This document shows, piece after piece, positions 1 through 10,429 of a stretch of 64,000 nt of DNA. The DNA comes from Gammaproteobacteria bacterium (GTDB lineage Bacteria > Pseudomonadota > Gammaproteobacteria > SZUA-152). The DNA is taken from the NCBI GenBank assembly GCA_013152545.1, contig JAADGF010000020.1:302-64301 (forward strand). Direction: 5' to 3'. The translations under genes and the position numbers were made by a program. The notes below the pieces were generated by a model. The model had not been told where the DNA came from. It saw only the letters and a program-made list of their open reading frames with translations, and searched no databases. The first letter of the stretch is position 1, and each line of letters begins with the position of its first letter.

Positions 1-931
1 TGCCACTGCTGCGTTAGCTGAGGGAAAAGGCTGGAGTGGGTCTGTAGGGCTAGTAGTAGGTGCTGTTAGCGGAGAGGGGCAGCTTGATGCTTATGGTGGT
101 AAAAAACGCATTGAATCACTGGATGCAAAGCCTGCTCAGTACAATTATGATTTTCTATTTCCTGAATTTAAAGTGAGCTATACCTTTCAGAATGATATAA
201 CAGCCTATGTGGATGGCAGTCTGCTTGATGGTGGTAAAACGGGTGTCAGTTATACCTTTAACGATGGCACCATGCTGTCGGTTTCGTTGCCGCTGTTTCT
301 AGGGACTAGTGCTGATGTATGGCAAGACCCTTACCTGACGGGAAGAGATCGCAAAACAACGGAAGCCAGACTGAAAAACGCCATTGGTTTTTCCCTTGAG
401 AATATTGGGGGGCTGTATGCCGGCATTGATTATACCTATCAGGATCTATCCATCAAAAATGACCGTGCGGGCGAGTCGTTAAATGCCCGTTTAACACCCG
501 CGGAAATCAAGCAACTACAGCGCAGCAATAAATCCCACCGAATTTCCGCTTCCCTCCCACCTTTTATGTTGAGTAGTAGCCTCTATTTAATGGGTGGCGC
601 AAGCTACACTCACACTAGTGCGGAGGGTCTTGCCAACAGCTTTACTGCTCAAAGTGTTGAGCTGACACTCGCTTATGAAAAGAGGCATTTTGAAGCTTTT
701 ACTCATATCTCTGGCGGTGTGGCCAAATACCGTGCGGTTAATCCTCTATTTAATACAGAGCGAAGAGATGAACTCAACACGGTTGCTGTGGGTATCGCCT
801 ACGGGGAGCCTTTTAACTGGAAAAATAGCACTTTGGAATTGACAATTGCGAGTGAGCATCTCAGTTCCAATATCAACTTTTATGACACGCGTGTAGAGCT
901 GCTAACAACCAGCTTTAATTACCACTTCTAA
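1..931 (+). CDS. outer-membrane beta-barrel protein, C-terminal portion (5' end lies outside the window)
   Basis: The frame is open back to position 1, so the GTG at 173 is only an internal start in the track. Alternating amphipathic strands and a C-terminal aromatic ...NYHF are typical of OM barrels. A hairpin terminator follows. Confidence 0.45.
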   Translation, partial: ATAALAEGKGWSGSVGLVVGAVSGEGQLDAYGGKKRIESLDAKPAQYNYDFLFPEFKVSYTFQNDITAYVDGSLLDGGKTGVSYTFNDGTMLSVSLPLFLGTSADVWQDPYLTGRDRKTTEARLKNAIGFSLENIGGLYAGIDYTYQDLSIKNDRAGESLNARLTPAEIKQLQRSNKSHRISASLPPFMLSSSLYLMGGASYTHTSAEGLANSFTAQSVELTLAYEKRHFEAFTHISGGVAKYRAVNPLFNTERRDELNTVAVGIAYGEPFNWKNSTLELTIASEHLSSNINFYDTRVELLTTSFNYHF

Positions 932-949
932 CGGTTAAATATTCCCTAA

Positions 950-976
950 CCCCTCTTTGCTAAAGAGGGGTTTGTT
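950..976 (+). terminator. rho-independent terminator (9-bp stem CCCCTCTTT/AAAGAGGGG, 3-nt loop, then TTTGTT)
   Basis: Perfect inverted repeat directly after the stop at 929-931, followed by a T-run. Confidence 0.7.
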
Positions 977-1005
977 CGACTAAACAGTGAGTTTTGAGGA
1001 GTAAA

Positions 1006-2415
1006 ATGAAGCAACAATATTTTCTTTTTATTGCTCTGGGCCTCCTACTTTCAGGGTGTGTATCCAAGATGAAATCACTGCCTGAGCCACTGCCCATCAC
1101 CGCTGCGAAAAGTTGGAAGATGGCTGATTTTAAAAAGCTTTCCAAACAGGTTATCGCGGTAAATCAGCATACTGAACTGCAACAGTACATCGCGCAGGTT
1201 CTTGACAATAACCCGGACCTTAAATCCCTTTCCGCAACGGCAAAGGCTGCGAGCTATAGCATGACAACGGCCAGTGCAGAGGTTGGTCCCCGTGCGGATC
1301 TTAATCTATCAGGAACCCGCAATAAAAATGTTTTAAAAGAGACCAGCAACAGTGTATCGGTGGGTGTTGATGTTAGCTGGGATTTAGATGTTTGGGGAAA
1401 ATTTTCGGATAATATTGATGCGGCTCAGCATCTGGCAGATAAAGCGCAATATGATCTGCAACAACTCAGACGAATACTGATAATTCAGTCGGCGAGTTTA
1501 TGGGTTGAATACCGTGGCTATGTTTATATTGAAAAACACCTTATTAAAATTAACAAGATACAAATGAACCTGGTTGGCTATTATCAGGATGCATATCAGG
1601 GCAACTATCAAGGGCTGACATCTTATGAGTTTTTTCTGGATGCAAAAAACAGCCAGAGTCGCAGTCAATCCCGCTTGCAGAAACTACAGCTGGAGAAACT
1701 AAAAACACAGCGACTCATGAATATCCTGCGTGGTCGCTTGCCTACCGATGAGTTGTCTGTGGCAGATGATCGAATAGCCATGAATTTGCTGATATTTACC
1801 GATAACATTCCCGCGACTGCTCTAGAAAACCGCCCGGATATTCAGGCGGGATTTTCGGAACTGCACGCCTTTCGCCGATCAGAGAGTGCGGCATACAAAG
1901 CACTGTTACCACAAATAAACCTCACTGCATCAGCTTCTAAAACTGGAACAACACTGGAAAAAGCACTGCGCGGTGATCTTGTTTGGCAGCTGATTGGAGG
2001 GCTAACTCAGCCACTATTTAATAGAGGGCAACTCAACGCCATTGCCAAACAAAAATCAGCGCAGGCCGAGGTGTTGTGGTGGCAATATCAGAATACGGTG
2101 CTTAAAGCGATGCTGGAGGTGGAGAATGCGCTGACTAGGGATAAATTATTGGCTTGGCAGATAGAACAAAAACAGGCAGAGCTTGGCAATTTAGGTAAAA
2201 AACGACACGCGGCCGAGACACGTTTTAGTGATGGGGATCTCTCCCTTGCCACCTATTTTTTGATTAAAGAAGAGTATATTGAAACACAAATTGAACTCAA
2301 CAACATCGAAAGTTCATATATTAAAAACCGCTTCGCACTAATAATGGCATTGGGGTTGTCAATAGAAACGGACTGGAAAAATCACAGCGAAGAGAACAAT
2401 CATGAAAAGTCGTAA
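1006..2415 (+). CDS. RND efflux system outer-membrane lipoprotein, NodT/OMF family
   Basis: Signal peptide with a lipobox (LLLSGC). The length and repeat architecture fit the TolC/NodT family. GAGGAG RBS sits 4 nt before the ATG at 1006. The gene overlaps the downstream MFP gene by 14 nt. Confidence 0.75.
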   Translation: MKQQYFLFIALGLLLSGCVSKMKSLPEPLPITAAKSWKMADFKKLSKQVIAVNQHTELQQYIAQVLDNNPDLKSLSATAKAASYSMTTASAEVGPRADLNLSGTRNKNVLKETSNSVSVGVDVSWDLDVWGKFSDNIDAAQHLADKAQYDLQQLRRILIIQSASLWVEYRGYVYIEKHLIKINKIQMNLVGYYQDAYQGNYQGLTSYEFFLDAKNSQSRSQSRLQKLQLEKLKTQRLMNILRGRLPTDELSVADDRIAMNLLIFTDNIPATALENRPDIQAGFSELHAFRRSESAAYKALLPQINLTASASKTGTTLEKALRGDLVWQLIGGLTQPLFNRGQLNAIAKQKSAQAEVLWWQYQNTVLKAMLEVENALTRDKLLAWQIEQKQAELGNLGKKRHAAETRFSDGDLSLATYFLIKEEYIETQIELNNIESSYIKNRFALIMALGLSIETDWKNHSEENNHEKS

Positions 2416-3544
2416 ATGGTGGCTGTTTGCTTCTCTCTTTATTTTTGTTCTGGTGGTTATTATCATTGATGAGATGGAAGATAGCGCCGAGATTGAACAG
2501 AAACAGCCGGTGCAATATCGCCCTCCCATTTCCATTGTGAAGCCACAACCTCAAGATAACAGCGGCACCATCCAAACCTATGCGGAAATTAGCCCTCGCT
2601 GGGCCACCACCCTGAAAGCACAGGTAAGCGGTGAAGTAGAAATGGTTTTTGATGGTAGCTTTGCGGGTAAACAGGTCAAAAAAGGTGAATTGTTAATTCG
2701 CATCGAAGCCAGCCGCTACCGGGCTGATCTACACGAGGCTGAACAAGCACTGGCAGAAGCAAAATTGAATTGGCTACAGGCACAAAAAAAATCGTCACAG
2801 GATAAAAAAAACTGGCAGCGCTCCGGTATTGGCGGAACACCGTCGGATTTAGTGCTGAATATTCCGCAGCTGACAGTTGCCGAAAAAACATTAAACGCGG
2901 CTGAAAGCCGGGTTGCTGCCACCCAAAAGATGCTCTCGTATACACAAATTAAAGCGCCGTTTTCAGGAATTATTACTCGTCGTGATATCAGTATCGGGCA
3001 AACTATTTTGGAAGGCGATGAGCTGCTACGAATCATTGAAAATAAGCAACAGGAAATTGCCATCGCATTGAGCAGAAAACAGTGGGGGATGCTGGTAAAA
3101 GAGTGGAAAAATCAGACCGCATCCATTCGCAATACAGACAACGTTGAAATTGCTCAGGCACACATTAAGCGCGGCGGTGGGTTTGTTGATGCGGAAACAC
3201 GCCAATACAAGCTGTTTTTGGAAATTCTTGATACGCCTGACAGAGCATCGCTGGTGGGTGATTTTGTCCAGGTAAACTTGCCAAGCCGTATTGCCCATAA
3301 CAGTTTAGCTATCCCGGAAAGTGCGCTAACCCGTGGTGGCTACATCTGGTATCTGGATGATAAAGATCAGCTTCGACGGTTTAGCGCCGAGGTGCTTTTC
3401 CACCGGGGTAATCAGGTGATTATCGAAACCCCATCGACTGAAATGCTTACTAAACATCATCCTTCACAATGGCGCATCGCCACTACGCCGCTGGCCTCCT
3501 TTCTCGTCGGTCGCCATGTTGATCCCATCACGGTTAAGGAGTAA
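2402..3544 (+). CDS. efflux RND periplasmic adaptor (membrane fusion protein, HlyD/AcrA family)
   Basis: N-terminal TM anchor, a coiled-coil hairpin region (LHEAEQALAEAKLNWLQAQ), and a lipoyl/beta-barrel region. Position between the OMF and RND genes. Confidence 0.75.
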   Translation: MKSRKWWLFASLFIFVLVVIIIDEMEDSAEIEQKQPVQYRPPISIVKPQPQDNSGTIQTYAEISPRWATTLKAQVSGEVEMVFDGSFAGKQVKKGELLIRIEASRYRADLHEAEQALAEAKLNWLQAQKKSSQDKKNWQRSGIGGTPSDLVLNIPQLTVAEKTLNAAESRVAATQKMLSYTQIKAPFSGIITRRDISIGQTILEGDELLRIIENKQQEIAIALSRKQWGMLVKEWKNQTASIRNTDNVEIAQAHIKRGGGFVDAETRQYKLFLEILDTPDRASLVGDFVQVNLPSRIAHNSLAIPESALTRGGYIWYLDDKDQLRRFSAEVLFHRGNQVIIETPSTEMLTKHHPSQWRIATTPLASFLVGRHVDPITVKE

Positions 3545-3547
3545 GCC

Positions 3548-6500
3548 ATGTCATTAATACGCTGGTTTATCCGCAATCCTGTTGCGGCAAATTTGATCAT
3601 GTTATTGATCATCATTGCCGGAATTTTCACCATGACCTCCATGCGTATTGAAGGTTTTCCAAAGCTGCCAGCGGATTCAATACAAATTGATACGATCTTT
3701 ATTGATGCTTATACAGAACAGGTTGACCGACAAATCACACAGAAGATTGAGAAAGCGCTGGAAGGCTTGCCGGGCATCAAGAAAATTCAGTCCACCTCAT
3801 TAGACGGTTTTTCCAGTATTCTGGTACAGAAGAATCCGGGTTACAGCCTGCAACAGTTGCAGGATGATGTTCGCGTGCGTCTGGATGGTATCTACAACTT
3901 CCCCCAGGCTGCGGATAAACCGGTGATTACCCGTAATGATTTTGATTTCCCCGCGCTGATTGTACAGCTGTATGGTGATAGCGACCCTGATACCTTGCAA
4001 CGCCTCGGCAGGGAACTGCGTGAAGCATTATTAGCACAGCCCGAGATCTCCAAACTCAACCTCTGGGGTGAGCGGAAACCTGAACTTCGGATTGAAGTTC
4101 GCCCAGAAATATTGGAAAAATATGACCTGACTACCCGCGATATTGCGGAAAAAATTCAGCAATCCTCTCTGACTTTCAAGGCGGGTTCGCTAAAGACCGA
4201 GGGTGCCAGAATCGCCCTGCGTGCAGATAGTCAGCGTTACTATTACCGTGATTTTGTCGGTATTCCCATTTATCAGCACAGTGACGGTAGCCAACTGTTA
4301 CTCGGCGATGTGGCCGAGGTTCACGACAGCTACGAAGATGACGATGTGATTGTGCGCTTCAATGGCCAGCCTGCATTGGGCATGGAGGTGTTGATTGGAC
4401 GTACTGAAAACCTGCTTGATATCGCCGATGTTGTCAAAAAAACCGTGGCAAATTTTCAAAAAGTGCTCCCGGCGGAGGTTAAGCTCAGTGTTTGGGCTGA
4501 CGCCAGCCACTATATTTCGGATCGACTGGGTCTGTTGAAAAACAATGCCCTGCAAGGCCTTTTTCTGGTGTTTATATTGCTTGCCCTGTTTCTTAATCTG
4601 AAGCTGGCATTTTGGGTTGCCATGGGTATTCCCATCTCAATTGCCGGGGCGATGGCGGTGCTGGGAAGCCAGTGGATGGACTATTCGCTGAATGACATCA
4701 CCACCTTCGGCTTTATTATCGCGCTGGGTATTTTAGTGGATGATGCGGTGGTGGTGGGAGAAAGCGTATTTGAAGAGCGCAAACACTACCGGAATGTGAT
4801 TGAAGGCACCGAGCGAGGTGTTCAGCGTGTGGCGATGGCCACTATTTTTGGGGTGTTAACCACCGTGGCTGCACTTTCTCCCCTGATGCTGATTGACAGT
4901 GCAATGGGTAAAATTATGGCCAGTTTTTCTGGCGTAGTGATACTGACTCTACTGTTCTCCCTGTTTGAAAGTAAGTTTATTCTTCCGGCACACCTTACCC
5001 GTATCTCGCTGGAAAAAAAACGCACCCCTTCATGGTTACTGCGTCTTTGGCACAGGCTTCAAGATTTTGTTCAACAGCAGCTCGATCGCTTGATTCAAAA
5101 AATCTATAAACCGCTGTTGGGGTGGAGTCTAAACCAACGTTACGCCATTCTGGTGTTGTTTATCGCGGTGGCGGCTCTGGGGATGGGCTTGATTGGTAAA
5201 GGGCAGATAAAGACGGTTTTCTTCCCGGATATTCCCGAGCAGGTGCTCAGCGTCAGTATGGAGATGGATGCGCGTGCGCCTTACCAATTGACACTGGAAA
5301 ATGCGAATCGTATCGAGGATGTCGCCAATACGCTCAACGAAGAGTGGCTTGAGCGCTTTAACCTGGATGAAAAACCGATTAAACATATTTTGATGGTAGT
5401 AAGCGGTGCCTTTATGGTGGAGGTTTATGCGGAACTGACACCGCCCAGTAAACACCTTGGGCTGGAGACGCTGGATATTTTACAGCAGTGGCAGGGTCGG
5501 GTCGGGCATCTGGAAGGCACCACAGAGCTGGTCTTTAGTGCCACAGAAGGTGCCGCTGGCGGTTTTGCCATTGATCTCTACAGCAAGGATGAGGAGCGTC
5601 TTAGGGCAGCCAGTCAAGAATTGCTAGCCTACCTTGAGGATATCAACGGGGTCAGTAACCTGCGTGATGAGTTAAAAAACGGCAAGCCGGAGCTCTATCT
5701 CAAGTTAAAATCTGAAGCACGCCACCTTGGTTTTAGCAATGAAACCCTCGCCAGTCAGATCGGAGAGAGTTTTGGCGGTGCTGAAGCGCAAAGGCTACAG
5801 CGCGGACGACAAGAAGTTAGGGTGATTGTCAAGAGTCGTGAAACATCCAGAGATACCATCGCTGACCTGATGCAGCTTCGCCTGAAAAGTGACAACGGTC
5901 AGTGGTTTCCGCTTACGGCGGTGGCCATCATTGAATCGGCCTATGTCACCGATTATATTGCCCGTCGTGATGGCAAACGGGTCAATACCATTCGCGCCTC
6001 AATTAATAAAAATAAGGTGGCTCCGTCAGAGATTGCCCAGCAACTTTCTTCCAGCGTCATTCCAGATCTGGAAAATCGCTTCCCTGAAGTGACTGTTTCA
6101 CAGGCCGGCGAGTTGGAAGAGATGGCGAGTTTGAAAGGCAGCCTGATCAAGGCGCTGATCTTTACCTGTATTCTCATTTACGTCTTACTCGCCATTCCCC
6201 TGAAATCTTATTGGCAGCCTTTCATTATTATGTCGGTGATCCCGTTTGGTTTTATCGGCGCTGCAATCGGACATTTGATTATGGGATTACCGTTGAGCTT
6301 TCTCTCCTTTCTCGGCATGTTGGCGCTGGCAGGCGTGGTGGTGAATGACTCACTGGTACTGATGACGCGCTACAATCAAAACAGAGAAGAAGGCAGCTCT
6401 GTTCATGATGCATTGATGAGTGCCGGGTCTGGACGTTTCAGAGCGATATTTCTAACCACCGTGACCACGGTGGCCGGTTTGATGCCCCTGATGCGCGAAA

Positions 6501-6661
6501 CCTCAGAGCAGGCGCAATATCTGATTCCCGCTGCGGTTTCTCTGGCCTATGGTGAAATTTTTGCCACTGCAATCACGTTGATGCTGGTACCGGTACTGAT
6601 TGCAATTGGTGTGGATATCCAGCTTGTTTTTAGAAAAACTCTGAATCTGAAAACGACGTGA
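3548..6661 (+). CDS. RND multidrug efflux permease (AcrB/AcrD/AcrF family)
   Basis: 1037 aa with a 12-TM topology and two large periplasmic loops. Starts 3 nt after the MFP stop. Confidence 0.85.
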   Translation: MSLIRWFIRNPVAANLIMLLIIIAGIFTMTSMRIEGFPKLPADSIQIDTIFIDAYTEQVDRQITQKIEKALEGLPGIKKIQSTSLDGFSSILVQKNPGYSLQQLQDDVRVRLDGIYNFPQAADKPVITRNDFDFPALIVQLYGDSDPDTLQRLGRELREALLAQPEISKLNLWGERKPELRIEVRPEILEKYDLTTRDIAEKIQQSSLTFKAGSLKTEGARIALRADSQRYYYRDFVGIPIYQHSDGSQLLLGDVAEVHDSYEDDDVIVRFNGQPALGMEVLIGRTENLLDIADVVKKTVANFQKVLPAEVKLSVWADASHYISDRLGLLKNNALQGLFLVFILLALFLNLKLAFWVAMGIPISIAGAMAVLGSQWMDYSLNDITTFGFIIALGILVDDAVVVGESVFEERKHYRNVIEGTERGVQRVAMATIFGVLTTVAALSPLMLIDSAMGKIMASFSGVVILTLLFSLFESKFILPAHLTRISLEKKRTPSWLLRLWHRLQDFVQQQLDRLIQKIYKPLLGWSLNQRYAILVLFIAVAALGMGLIGKGQIKTVFFPDIPEQVLSVSMEMDARAPYQLTLENANRIEDVANTLNEEWLERFNLDEKPIKHILMVVSGAFMVEVYAELTPPSKHLGLETLDILQQWQGRVGHLEGTTELVFSATEGAAGGFAIDLYSKDEERLRAASQELLAYLEDINGVSNLRDELKNGKPELYLKLKSEARHLGFSNETLASQIGESFGGAEAQRLQRGRQEVRVIVKSRETSRDTIADLMQLRLKSDNGQWFPLTAVAIIESAYVTDYIARRDGKRVNTIRASINKNKVAPSEIAQQLSSSVIPDLENRFPEVTVSQAGELEEMASLKGSLIKALIFTCILIYVLLAIPLKSYWQPFIIMSVIPFGFIGAAIGHLIMGLPLSFLSFLGMLALAGVVVNDSLVLMTRYNQNREEGSSVHDALMSAGSGRFRAIFLTTVTTVAGLMPLMRETSEQAQYLIPAAVSLAYGEIFATAITLMLVPVLIAIGVDIQLVFRKTLNLKTT

Positions 6662-6737
6662 CTGCTCTTAACATCTGCTTAATACCAGTTGTGCTGTAAT
6701 CGGTTAAAATATTTATTCAATGACACAGGAGCCATTC

Positions 6738-7571
6738 ATGGGCATCTCTAAGTCTCTATTTTTAGGTGTGTGTATTGCGCTAATACTGCAAAGTAATGCC
6801 ATAGCAGAGGAGGCCAACTCCCTCATATTAAATTACGACATTTTAGCTGAAGGAAAAGATATTGGTAATATGACACTCAAACTCTCTCGAAAAGAGGGAC
6901 GGCGTGTGGCTGTTGAGCATAGTCAGATCAAAATATCAGGGTGGTGGTGGAACATCAACATTACAGCCATTCTGAGTGAAACGTTTCAGGATGATACTGG
7001 CTTCATCAAGGCCGATAGCAAAACGGTGTATGAAGATACAGCCTACTGGACCAAAATGAACGCCTACGAAGATGAAACTTGGGGGGAGTTTATCGAAATA
7101 ACCAGAATGAGCGCCAGTGAAAGCAAAAAATTCTCCCATCTCTCTTTTGCGGTAACCGGAAAAATTTCAGACAATACGGAAGAGCTTATTTCACTTTCAG
7201 AGGCGATGTTTTCAGATCGAAATAAGAAGCCAGTGTATAGTGTGAAATTTCCGCAAGGTTCTTTCGATACCACCTTCAATGACTTGCCTTTTTTTATCCA
7301 AAAAAATGCAGGAAAGCCGCTGCCTTCAAAACTCAATATTCTGGACACTGAAAATCTGGAGATCAGCTCAGCGAGTATAAAAGACCTGGGATTGGAAATC
7401 ATTCTTATCGGCAAAGAGAAAATTCAGGTACGACATCTCACACTGTCCGACACACAATTTAAACCATCACATCTATGGATAAAAGAGGATGCCAACTCAT
7501 TGCCATACGTTGTTCGCCATACGGGTGAGGACGAAGATGGTAAATTTGAAATTATTTTGAAAGCACCTTAA
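6738..7571 (+). CDS. secreted hypothetical protein (signal peptide, beta-rich)
   Basis: AGGAG RBS 7 nt before the ATG at 6738. Signal peptide LFLGVCIALILQSNAIA. No motif I recognise. Confidence 0.5.
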   Translation: MGISKSLFLGVCIALILQSNAIAEEANSLILNYDILAEGKDIGNMTLKLSRKEGRRVAVEHSQIKISGWWWNINITAILSETFQDDTGFIKADSKTVYEDTAYWTKMNAYEDETWGEFIEITRMSASESKKFSHLSFAVTGKISDNTEELISLSEAMFSDRNKKPVYSVKFPQGSFDTTFNDLPFFIQKNAGKPLPSKLNILDTENLEISSASIKDLGLEIILIGKEKIQVRHLTLSDTQFKPSHLWIKEDANSLPYVVRHTGEDEDGKFEIILKAP

Positions 7572-7588
7572 TTTTAAGGTATAACAAT

Positions 7589-8653
7589 ATGAAAATTAAA
7601 TTAATGTTTTTCACTGGGATGATGCTCATATTACTTTCGGGCTGTGCAAGCCTTGATAATAAGACATATCGTGAAGTTACAATGGGGTTTGAACATGAAG
7701 GCAATCAACTTTCAGCGTCAGTCATACTGCCTGAAAACAGCTCAGGCCCCTTCCCGGTTGTGGTGTTCGTTCATGGTGATGGCGCGATGCCTTATGATGC
7801 ATATGGCTACTACCGCCCACTGTGGAATCGGCTGGCCAAACAGGGGATCGCCTCATTTTCATGGGATAAACCAGGCGTTGGACGCTCGCAGGGTGATTGG
7901 CAAAACCAAAGCCTGGATAATCGCGCAGACGAAACCATCGCAGCAATTGATATGTTGAAGAAACATACCAATATTGTCCCGAATAAGATAGGTTTGATCG
8001 GATACAGTCAGGCTGGCTGGGTGTTACCACTGGTGGCTAAAAAATCAGATTATCCGAATTTCATGATTTTGGTATCCACTGCAATCAACTGGATGAATCA
8101 GGGCGCTTATATGATGAAAGAACGTCTGACGCAGAAAGGTGTTTCGGATAAACAGATAAAAGAGGCGATTGAGCTATATCGCAGCACCAGTGTACAGTTT
8201 TTTGCGCCGTCGACCACTTACGAAGAGTATCGCCAATATTATCACGCCAACACAGCGCTAAAAATGATGGGGGAAGCACTCTTAACACCCCAACGCTTTC
8301 AGTTTGTTAAACTCAATTGGCGCTATGACGCACAGGAGAGCCTAAAAAAGATCACCGCCCCAACACTAGCCATCTTCGGCAAACACGACTTAAACGTAGA
8401 TACTCAAGAGAGCATTCGTGTATACAAAACGATATTTGAAAAATCGGGCAATAATGATGTGACCATCAAACTATTCCCAGATGCTCAACATAGTCTTTTG
8501 AAGCAAAAACACTTTAAAGAGACCGTGCCCGGAATTGGCTTTCTTATCAAACTCGAATTTCTGGGAAAAGATGCTTTTGCCGAAGGTTACCTTGATTTTG
8601 TTGCAGATTGGGTTGAAGAAAAAAATGGTAATGAAACATCCTATTTACATTGA
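7589..8653 (+). CDS. lipoprotein alpha/beta hydrolase (dienelactone hydrolase / S9 peptidase-like)
   Basis: Lipobox LLSGC. Nucleophile elbow GYSQAG. Downstream Asp and a His in DAQHSLL, consistent with a Ser-Asp-His triad. Confidence 0.65.
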   Translation: MKIKLMFFTGMMLILLSGCASLDNKTYREVTMGFEHEGNQLSASVILPENSSGPFPVVVFVHGDGAMPYDAYGYYRPLWNRLAKQGIASFSWDKPGVGRSQGDWQNQSLDNRADETIAAIDMLKKHTNIVPNKIGLIGYSQAGWVLPLVAKKSDYPNFMILVSTAINWMNQGAYMMKERLTQKGVSDKQIKEAIELYRSTSVQFFAPSTTYEEYRQYYHANTALKMMGEALLTPQRFQFVKLNWRYDAQESLKKITAPTLAIFGKHDLNVDTQESIRVYKTIFEKSGNNDVTIKLFPDAQHSLLKQKHFKETVPGIGFLIKLEFLGKDAFAEGYLDFVADWVEEKNGNETSYLH

Positions 8654-8996
8654 TTTTGACCCACATATAAACGGGTATCTTATCACTATGCCAGAATCAA
8701 TCAGTTTATCTGCAATCGAGGAATGGAAAATGAGGTTCAATCAAGAACTAAAATCCATCTCGCAGCATCAAGTCATTGTTATGCTAATGGATACCAATCA
8801 GCACCACTTTGAATCTGTGCAATGTTTAAAAAGCCTTCGCGATTTTTTCTCTACAAGCCCTGTCATTCAATCCAATGGCGTGAAAGTAGCGTTTGTTCAG
8901 CCTGAAAACGTTATGCAACCTCATGTGAAGTCAGCATCGGATGCCTATTTTACCGATTATGATAAAGCCTATCAGTGGTTGGAAAAAGCAGAATAA
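8625..8996 (+). CDS. small hypothetical protein (about 123 aa, mixed alpha/beta, STAS-like impression)
   Basis: ORF with ATG GTA ATG (MVMKHPIYIDFD...) overlapping the end of the hydrolase gene. Its TAA stop overlaps the next gene's ATG as TAATG. Confidence 0.4.
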   Translation: MVMKHPIYIDFDPHINGYLITMPESISLSAIEEWKMRFNQELKSISQHQVIVMLMDTNQHHFESVQCLKSLRDFFSTSPVIQSNGVKVAFVQPENVMQPHVKSASDAYFTDYDKAYQWLEKAE

Positions 8997-10129
8997 TGAC
9001 TTTATTTCTAAGTTTGTTCACCGTCATCGTTGTAATGACCATCGCAGGGCTGCTCTATACTCAGTATCGCTTAAATAACACGCAAGACAAAGGAGACCTT
9101 GAAGTCTCTCTGGATGCTGAAATCAGCAAATTATCAAAACAAAACCTTTCTTATGATGTTGTGATTGGTGTTTATAAAGAGGGTAAATCCCTGGTTAAAG
9201 GTTACGAAATTGGAGAGACTCATAAAACCCCGGCCCCCGATGCCTCCAGCATTTTTCAATTAGGATCTATCAGCAAGCTCTTTACTGCGGCATTATTACA
9301 AATCCTTGCTGATGAGGAGGTTGTCGATAAAGATGCAACACTGGAAGTGCTAATAGGCAGTACCATAGCTCTGTCAGCACAAGCAAAGCAGGTGACATTA
9401 CGGCAACTCGCCACTCATACCTCCGGCTTTCCCAGGGTACCGAAAGTGTTGATGACTAAACTCATCAAACAGGTCGGGAAAAAACATTTAATGATCGATC
9501 CGTACAGTTACCTTAGCACCGAGGATATATTTGCGTACTTGGCAGAAACGCAAGGAATAGGCAAACCAGGCAAGTTTGCCTATTCAAACTATGGGATGGG
9601 TTTACTCGGGCATGTATTGGAAATAATCACACATAAAGATCTGGGGTTGCTGGCGGCAGAGAAAATTTTCAAGCCATTAGGTATGCGGAATACTTCGATT
9701 TCACTCACCCCCGATATGCAACAGCGGCTTGTTCAAGGCTATACCGCCAAAGGTAAGGCAACACCCTTATGGACATTTTCGGCACTAGGAGGCGCAGGCG
9801 CATTTAGCTCAACAGCTTCGGATATGATGGCATTTTTACGCGCCAATATTGAGGATTCATCACCTCTTTTTCAGAGCTTTAAAAAAATGCATCATGCACA
9901 AACCAACGGTTATACGGGGATTGGCTGGATACAGGCAGGCATCATTGACAAGTTTTTGGGGAACCAATCCATTGTTTGGCATAATGGGATGGTAGGTGGC
10001 TATGCATCCTATCTTTGTGTGGATATTAAAAACAAATCAGGTGTTGTTATCTTGTCCAGTATCGCTATTGACCCTGCTATGATGGGGAAAATGATTGTTC
10101 ATCTTGTACGAACACAATCCTGGCGATAA
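8996..10129 (+). CDS. membrane-anchored serine hydrolase, beta-lactamase (class C / PBP-like) fold
   Basis: N-terminal TM anchor. SxxK motif (SISK), YSN motif (AYSNYG), and HNG in place of KTG. TAATG coupling to the upstream gene. Confidence 0.7.
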   Translation: MTLFLSLFTVIVVMTIAGLLYTQYRLNNTQDKGDLEVSLDAEISKLSKQNLSYDVVIGVYKEGKSLVKGYEIGETHKTPAPDASSIFQLGSISKLFTAALLQILADEEVVDKDATLEVLIGSTIALSAQAKQVTLRQLATHTSGFPRVPKVLMTKLIKQVGKKHLMIDPYSYLSTEDIFAYLAETQGIGKPGKFAYSNYGMGLLGHVLEIITHKDLGLLAAEKIFKPLGMRNTSISLTPDMQQRLVQGYTAKGKATPLWTFSALGGAGAFSSTASDMMAFLRANIEDSSPLFQSFKKMHHAQTNGYTGIGWIQAGIIDKFLGNQSIVWHNGMVGGYASYLCVDIKNKSGVVILSSIAIDPAMMGKMIVHLVRTQSWR

Positions 10130-10319
10130 TTTATGGTGAGGTGCTTCAGAATGAATTGCCCACCCACCACACACACTAGCCATATCCAAAAATCAAATTT
10201 TTTCAACGATTCTCTTAAGGTCTTATTAACACTCTCAAAAATATAATGTTGCTTGTGGCCTAAAGCTAACAATAATTTTTTGAGAGACCTAAAGTGAAAA
10301 ACTTACTGTTTTCATCCCG

Positions 10320-10343
10320 ACAAACACTCACAGTTTGTTTTTT
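10320..10343 (+). terminator. candidate rho-independent terminator (ACAAAC-actcaca-GTTTGT then TTTTT)
   Basis: 6-bp stem plus a T-run, 190 nt after the serine hydrolase stop. Weak stem. Confidence 0.4.
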
Positions 10344-10429
10344 AAATCAGGCGTTTATCCCGCCCCTATCCCAGTATCTCTGTAAACCATTCCTTCACAC
10401 CATCGGCAACCAAGAGGTAGCTAACTAAC

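Noticed and set aside
960-1145. 61-aa minus-strand ORF
   Set aside because: It overlaps the terminator hairpin and the 5' end of the NodT-family gene. It has no RBS.
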